64,000 nucleotides of DNA, from assembly GCA_963677925.2 (NCBI GenBank), contig CAXXYH010000004.1, positions 640,001-704,000 on the forward strand. The letters run 5' to 3'. Of this stretch, positions 58,897-64,000 are shown one piece after another. Position 1 is the first letter of the stretch, and every line of letters begins with the position of its first letter. Origin of the DNA: Spirochaetia bacterium. GTDB lineage: Bacteria > Spirochaetota > Spirochaetia > UBA9216. The notes under the pieces were generated by a model, which saw nothing but the letters and a program-made list of their open reading frames with translations, ran no database searches and had not been told where the DNA came from. The translations under genes and the position numbers were made by a program.

Positions 58897-59853
58897 ATGA
58901 TTAAAGAAGAGGAAATAGAATATCCGGAAGGGAGTCCGCTTTCATTCAGGATATATTCTGTTGAACATTATCATGTACATTTTCACTCCGACTCGCTTGA
59001 GCTGATACTCTGCCTTGAAGGTTCGGTCTTTATTCAGAACTGTTCCGAGACCAGAAAGCTAACTGCCGGACAAATTTATAGCATTGATATGCCGGACATT
59101 CATCACCTTTACTCAGAAGAGCCAAATGTTATTGTTTCTTTCTACATCAGGCTCAGTCCGTTTTATTCCCGCTGGCCTGAGCTCAGGCACATATGGTTTG
59201 CCTGCAACCCTTCCAATCTCAGTCCTGTAAAAAGGAAGGCGCTTGAGAGAATTGAAGAACTGGTACTTTTTACTGTATACAGGACAGTTTCCGGCGAAAC
59301 TCAGGCCGTGACAGAAGCTGAAAAATCAGCCCTTGAGATTCTGCAGCTGCTGATAGATTATTTTAACTACTATTATTTTAATAAGGATGCAGTCAGTCAT
59401 AATCCGGATACAATCAGGCGTTTCAACAGGATAATATCCTACTGTCAGGAAAATTACCGGAATAAGATTACACTGTCCGATATTGCTGAAAATGAAAATC
59501 TGAATAAATTCTACATATCGCAGCTGCTTCGCAACAGCAGCTTCGACGGTTTCAGCAGGGTTTTGGGATATATCAGATGTCTGCATGCTGTGCACCTTCT
59601 TCTTACAACTGAAGATTCAATTGAACAGATTTCCGGGGAATGCGGCTTCTCGGATCTAAAGTACTTTTACAGGCAGTTCCGTGAATGGTGGAAATGTACC
59701 CCGAATGAATTCCGGATAAGGCACGAAGAATACCTGAATGAGCCGGAAATTTTCAGCGATGTCAATGAAGCCGAAGTAAAAACTCTTCTTGGTAATTATA
59801 TTCTTTCCAGGATGATGATCAGGTGGTCACCATCCGGTACTATTCAACCATGA
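58897..59853 (+). CDS. AraC-family transcriptional regulator
   Basis: Cupin HFH...ELI. C-terminal ITLSDIA...LLLTTEDSIEQISGECGFSDLKYFYRQF....TPNEFR. Confidence 0.92.
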   Translation: MIKEEEIEYPEGSPLSFRIYSVEHYHVHFHSDSLELILCLEGSVFIQNCSETRKLTAGQIYSIDMPDIHHLYSEEPNVIVSFYIRLSPFYSRWPELRHIWFACNPSNLSPVKRKALERIEELVLFTVYRTVSGETQAVTEAEKSALEILQLLIDYFNYYYFNKDAVSHNPDTIRRFNRIISYCQENYRNKITLSDIAENENLNKFYISQLLRNSSFDGFSRVLGYIRCLHAVHLLLTTEDSIEQISGECGFSDLKYFYRQFREWWKCTPNEFRIRHEEYLNEPEIFSDVNEAEVKTLLGNYILSRMMIRWSPSGTIQP

Positions 59854-61189
59854 ACTGACCCATCATCCCTGAGTCCTCATGTTCAAGCAGATGGCAGTGA
59901 TACATGTACAGGCCGGTATAATCCCTGAAGCTTACACCAATTACAGCCGTATCTCCCGCGTTAAGAAGGATTGTGTCTTTGGGGCCGGCGTAAAGCGGAT
60001 CCGGTTTTCTGCCGTTGAAAGACAGCACCGTAAACTGAGTATCATGAACATGGAACGAGTGGGGTATGTTCATCATTCCCATCCCTATGTTGCGTACTGT
60101 CCAAATTTCTTCCGAATCAGCCGGTACTGTGAGGTTGATTTTACTCATATCCATCTGCTGTCCGTTTATAGTGAATACTCCCATTCCGCGTGTTTCCATA
60201 TTGAATGTCCGTTCTTCAAGCGATTTGTCTGTATAATCCGGATGGCGGTATATGAATGTTTCGGGGTGATCAAAGAATCTGCCGGTCTCCCTGCTGCTGT
60301 TTACCGTTAATGCCTCGAAACTTCCTCCGCCGCTTATTTCAACGATCAGTTCTTTTGATTCTTTTTTTGAAAAGTCTGCGAGTATTTCATAGCGTTCGCC
60401 CGGAGACATTATCAGAGATTTTGTTTTTACCGATTCAGGCAGGAAGCCGCCGTCAGAGGCAATCACTGTAAAATTTGACCTGTCTGAGAATGAGATTCTG
60501 TAGATCGAAGAATTGGAACCGTTAAGTATTCTGAACCGGTAAGTGCCTTTTTTGACATCCAGGACAGGCTCATATGAACCGTTAACCAGGACTGCATTTC
60601 CGATGTATCCGTGCATCAAATCGGATCTGTACGGCTGATAATCGAAGCTGCCGTCGCGATTGAATCTTCTGTCCTGCAGAATCAGCGGAATATCGTTTAT
60701 TCCGTATTCTTTCGGGATATCCAGACTGTCGGAATATTCGTCATCAATTATAAACATTCCTGCAAGTCCCCGGTAGACATGCTCGGCGGTTTTTCCCATG
60801 AGGTGCGGATGGTACCAGAGCGTAGCAGCCTGCTGTTTTATTGTGAATACCGGGTTGAAGCTTTCACCTGCTTTTATAATCTGGTGGGGGCCGCCGTCAA
60901 ACTCCGCCGGAATATGCATTCCGTGCCAGTGCACCGTTGTGTTCTCATCAATGTTATTGTTGATGCTTATGTCAGCGAGTTCGCCGTTTCTGTAGCGGAT
61001 TGTCGGTCCCAGATAATTACCGTTGAACCCGAGTGTTTCGCTGGTTCCGAAGGGCAGAGCAAGCTTTCCCTGCCGAATATTAAGTTCGATTTCCGTTCCG
61101 GAAAGTATCGGAGGGATTGGGAGCTCTTCTGCTGATACGGTAAAAACCGCTATCAGCAGAACAGATAATGCCAAAAGAAGCTTTTTCAT
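59840..61189 (-). CDS. Multicopper oxidase (CueO-like)
   Basis: VHWHG, WYHPH, HSFHVH and HCHLLEHEDSGMM. Sec-type signal peptide. Confidence 0.93.
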   Translation of the reverse strand: MKKLLLALSVLLIAVFTVSAEELPIPPILSGTEIELNIRQGKLALPFGTSETLGFNGNYLGPTIRYRNGELADISINNNIDENTTVHWHGMHIPAEFDGGPHQIIKAGESFNPVFTIKQQAATLWYHPHLMGKTAEHVYRGLAGMFIIDDEYSDSLDIPKEYGINDIPLILQDRRFNRDGSFDYQPYRSDLMHGYIGNAVLVNGSYEPVLDVKKGTYRFRILNGSNSSIYRISFSDRSNFTVIASDGGFLPESVKTKSLIMSPGERYEILADFSKKESKELIVEISGGGSFEALTVNSSRETGRFFDHPETFIYRHPDYTDKSLEERTFNMETRGMGVFTINGQQMDMSKINLTVPADSEEIWTVRNIGMGMMNIPHSFHVHDTQFTVLSFNGRKPDPLYAGPKDTILLNAGDTAVIGVSFRDYTGLYMYHCHLLEHEDSGMMGQFMVE

Positions 61190-61219
61190 CTTCGGCCTCC
61201 AAAAAATTACTTGAAATAA

Positions 61220-61477
61220 TTATCTTGATTCCAGAATCTGTTTCTTCTCGAGAAACTCATCCTTGTCAATTTCACCGTTCACGAATCTGCGCTGCAGAGT
61301 TTCAAGCGGTGTTTCTTCACCCTTTTCAGAGAATGTAGTTCCGCTCTTTTTAAGTATAAGAAATAAAATCACTAAAAAAAGAGCGGCACCGATAATCATC
61401 ATAATAATTCCTCCGTAATTGAATCTTCCAAACCCGGACAGTCCGCTGCAGGTCTGCCAGAAACCGTTTCCGAACAT
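61220..61477 (-). CDS. SHOCT-domain small membrane protein
   Basis: One TM, then PLETLQRRFVNGEIDKDEFLEKKQIL. Confidence 0.85.
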   Translation of the reverse strand: MFGNGFWQTCSGLSGFGRFNYGGIIMMIIGAALFLVILFLILKKSGTTFSEKGEETPLETLQRRFVNGEIDKDEFLEKKQILESR

Positions 61478-61489
61478 CTAAACCTCCTT

Positions 61490-63928
61490 TCAGACCGGGT
61501 TGTAGCCGGCCTGCTTGACTGCATCCTTTACAGCCTCTGTCAGGGCTGCATTTTCTGCCGCAGCCTTAAATGCAAGTTCTTTCTTTTCAAGATCTACTTC
61601 CGCAGATTCTACTCCGCTGACAGACATTGCCGCTTTTTCAACCGCCATTTTACAGTGGTTGCATGTCATTCCATCTACTGTAATTTTTTCAGTCATTTGA
61701 TCCTCCCTGGATTCATTTGTTTTTACTGGTGTTATTTTTTTCAGTTTGAATTTCTTCAGACTGAGTGAATTTGATACTACTGATACCGAGCTGAACGCCA
61801 TTGCGGCACCGGCAATTATCGGGTTGAGAAATCCGAGTGCGGCAAAGGGAATTCCTATCGAGTTATAGAAAAATGCCCAGAACAGATTCTGCCGGATCTT
61901 CGCCATCGTTTTACGTGAAAGCAGTATTGCCGCTGATATTTCCCTCAGGTCTCCTCTCATAAGAGTTATGTCTGAGGATTCCATGGCTATGTCCGAGCCG
62001 GATCCCATTGCGATACCTATGTCGGCAGTGGCCAGCGCCGGGGCATCATTTATTCCGTCTCCGACCATGGCGACGATTTTCCTGCTGTTCTGAAGTTTTT
62101 TAACTTCGTCGGCCTTCTGTTCCGGCAGGACTTCTGCAAGTATATTTGTAATTCCGGCCTGTTCCGCGATCGCTGCAGCAGTGATTCGGTTGTCTCCGGT
62201 TATCATGTATACTTCTATACCCAGCTCTTTCAGGCGTGCTATCCCTTCCCTGGAATCCGGTTTTATACTGTCCGCAATTGCAAGCAGACCGGATGGATTT
62301 CCGTTTTCTGACATCACTATTACAGTATTGCCCTTTGATTCAAGTTCTGTTTTCCTGGACAGAAATGTTTCAGTGCTGATTCCTTTTTCCTGCATAAAGG
62401 AGGTCGTTCCTATCAGGTATTCTGCACCGTTTAATTTTCCGCTGATTCCCTTTCCCGGAACTGCATTAAAGTCTGAGACCTGCAGCAGAGCAAGGTTTTT
62501 GCTGTCCGCGGCATCAACTACAGCCAAAGCAAGCGGGTGTTCTGAATTCTTTTCCAGAGATGCGGCTGCGGTCAGAAGTGAATCTTCATCCGCCCCGGCA
62601 GTGAGCGGGACAATCTTCTGAAGCGCAGGTTTGCCCATGGTAATGGTTCCGGTTTTATCCAATACAACTGATGTTATTTTTCCGGCGTTCTGAAGTACTT
62701 CTCCGTTTTTAAGTAGTATTCCCCGCTGAGCACCTATCCCGGTTCCCACCATAATTGCTGTTGGGGTAGCAAGGCCGAGAGCACAGGGACATGCTATTAC
62801 AAGAACCGCCACCGCGGGTACTATCGCTGAAAAAACTGATCCGCTTATTACCCACCACAATATGAAGGTAAGAACCGCTATTCCGAGCACTATCGGAACA
62901 AAAACTGCCGCAACCTTGTCTGCCAGTTTCTGGATAGGAGCCTTTGAGCCCTGTGCTTCCTCTACTATCGATATGATTCGGGAAAGAACTGAATCACTGC
63001 CTACATGCTCCGCTTCGAATTTTACTGAACCGTAGCCGTTGATAGATCCGCTTACGACCCTGTCCCCGGCCTGTTTCTCAACCGGCATGCTTTCGCCTGT
63101 TATTACGCTCTCATCGGCGGTTGTGTTTCCGTCAGTGATTATTCCGTCTACCGGAAAACGTTCGCCGGGTTTGACCAGAACGACATCACCTGGAATAACA
63201 TCCTCGATGGGGACCTCTATCTGCTCTCCATTGCGTTCAATATGTGCGGTTTTAGGCTGGAGCCCCATCAGTTTTTTTATCGCCTCGGAGGTTTTTCCTT
63301 TTGCTTTCATTTCAAGGTATCTGCCCAGAAGCACCAGAGTGATAATTATGGCCGAGGCTTCAAAATACAGGCCGGCAGATTCAAAACCGATCCGGGACGC
63401 TATAAAACCGTTGAAGATACTGAATAAATATGCGGTTGAAGTTCCAAGCACTACAAGTACATCCATACCCGGGCTTCCGGATTTTACGGTCTTCCATGCT
63501 ACTTTGTAGAATTCTCTTCCTATCCAGAACTGAACGGGAGTTGCAAGAACCAGCTGAATAAGCGGGTTATGCAGAAACATCAGCGCTTCAATTTTAAGTA
63601 TAGAAGCAAACATAGCTATAAGAAGCGGAATGCTGAGTATTACCGAAATAATGGTTTTTCTTTTAAGAGAATTCAGCTCTTTCTGTTTTACATTTTCTTC
63701 TTTGTCGCTTCCCGGGTCGGGAAGGGCAGCGGCATATCCTGCATCTGATACAGACCTTATTATGTCCTCTATATTAGTTTTATCAGGATCATAGCTGACT
63801 GTTGCTTTTTCTGTGGCAAGATTAACCGAAGCCAGCTCAATACCTGAGCCGCTTTTTATTCCTTTTTCTACATGGGCTACGCATGACGCACAGGTCATAC
63901 CCTGAATATTAAGTTGTACAATTTCCAT
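61490..63928 (-). CDS. copA: Cu(I)-exporting P1B-ATPase with N- and C-terminal HMA domains
   Basis: GMTCASC, TGES, CPC, DKTGT, SEHP, GDGINDAP, YN, MAFSS and C-terminal GMTCNHC. Confidence 0.96.
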   Translation of the reverse strand: MEIVQLNIQGMTCASCVAHVEKGIKSGSGIELASVNLATEKATVSYDPDKTNIEDIIRSVSDAGYAAALPDPGSDKEENVKQKELNSLKRKTIISVILSIPLLIAMFASILKIEALMFLHNPLIQLVLATPVQFWIGREFYKVAWKTVKSGSPGMDVLVVLGTSTAYLFSIFNGFIASRIGFESAGLYFEASAIIITLVLLGRYLEMKAKGKTSEAIKKLMGLQPKTAHIERNGEQIEVPIEDVIPGDVVLVKPGERFPVDGIITDGNTTADESVITGESMPVEKQAGDRVVSGSINGYGSVKFEAEHVGSDSVLSRIISIVEEAQGSKAPIQKLADKVAAVFVPIVLGIAVLTFILWWVISGSVFSAIVPAVAVLVIACPCALGLATPTAIMVGTGIGAQRGILLKNGEVLQNAGKITSVVLDKTGTITMGKPALQKIVPLTAGADEDSLLTAAASLEKNSEHPLALAVVDAADSKNLALLQVSDFNAVPGKGISGKLNGAEYLIGTTSFMQEKGISTETFLSRKTELESKGNTVIVMSENGNPSGLLAIADSIKPDSREGIARLKELGIEVYMITGDNRITAAAIAEQAGITNILAEVLPEQKADEVKKLQNSRKIVAMVGDGINDAPALATADIGIAMGSGSDIAMESSDITLMRGDLREISAAILLSRKTMAKIRQNLFWAFFYNSIGIPFAALGFLNPIIAGAAMAFSSVSVVSNSLSLKKFKLKKITPVKTNESREDQMTEKITVDGMTCNHCKMAVEKAAMSVSGVESAEVDLEKKELAFKAAAENAALTEAVKDAVKQAGYNPV

Positions 63929-63937
63929 AATGACTCC

Positions 63938-64000
63938 CTATTTTGTCATTTTCCGGACAGTAGCTAAAAGCTCATCAATAACTTCATCGCTGCCTTCGCG
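63938..64000 (-). CDS. csoR: 3' end of a CsoR/RcnR-family copper-sensing repressor (partial)
   Basis: Minus-strand frame REGSDEVIDELLATVRKMTK* directly upstream of copA. Only 21 codons are visible. Confidence 0.6.
   Translation of the reverse strand, partial: REGSDEVIDELLATVRKMTK

Noticed and set aside
1-64000. Mobile elements, prophage, defence systems, tRNA or rRNA
   Set aside because: No transposase, integrase, nuclease/defence domain, terminal repeats or structural RNA genes were recognised by eye. tRNAscan and Infernal were not run.

Overview
A gene-dense 64 kb chromosomal stretch of moderate GC, most likely from a free-living anaerobic spirochaete (inferred from a long spirochaete-type MCP, a secreted HEAT-repeat protein and overall gene content). 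No rRNA, tRNA, CRISPR array, transposase or phage gene was seen. In order it holds: (1) a peptidoglycan/GlcNAc recycling cluster (serine hydrolase, DUF3754-like gene, MurR/RpiR, NagZ, Ala-Glu epimerase, nagA, nagB); (2) a TetR-controlled DUF362 / aldehyde:ferredoxin oxidoreductase / ferredoxin / MoaD operon; (3) exbB-exbD-tonB; (4) many signalling genes (3 MCPs, 2 orphan histidine kinases, 2 GGDEF, 2 HD-GYP-like, 1 adenylate cyclase); (5) a Moco/Tuco-type riboswitch heading an operon for an unusual signal-less cNMP-like/WtpA-like fusion plus a FecCD-type ABC importer, which is the best candidate for an undescribed system; (6) an [FeFe]-hydrogenase paired with an SfrB/GltD-like subunit and preceded by remnants of an hfs-type sensory module; (7) a sigma54 module (PAS-bEBP, three UAS palindromes, -24/-12 promoter, GntP permease, cupin); (8) a copper cluster (csoR end, copA, SHOCT, multicopper oxidase). 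Many transcription-unit first genes look leaderless. All calls come from reading motifs by eye; no database search was run.
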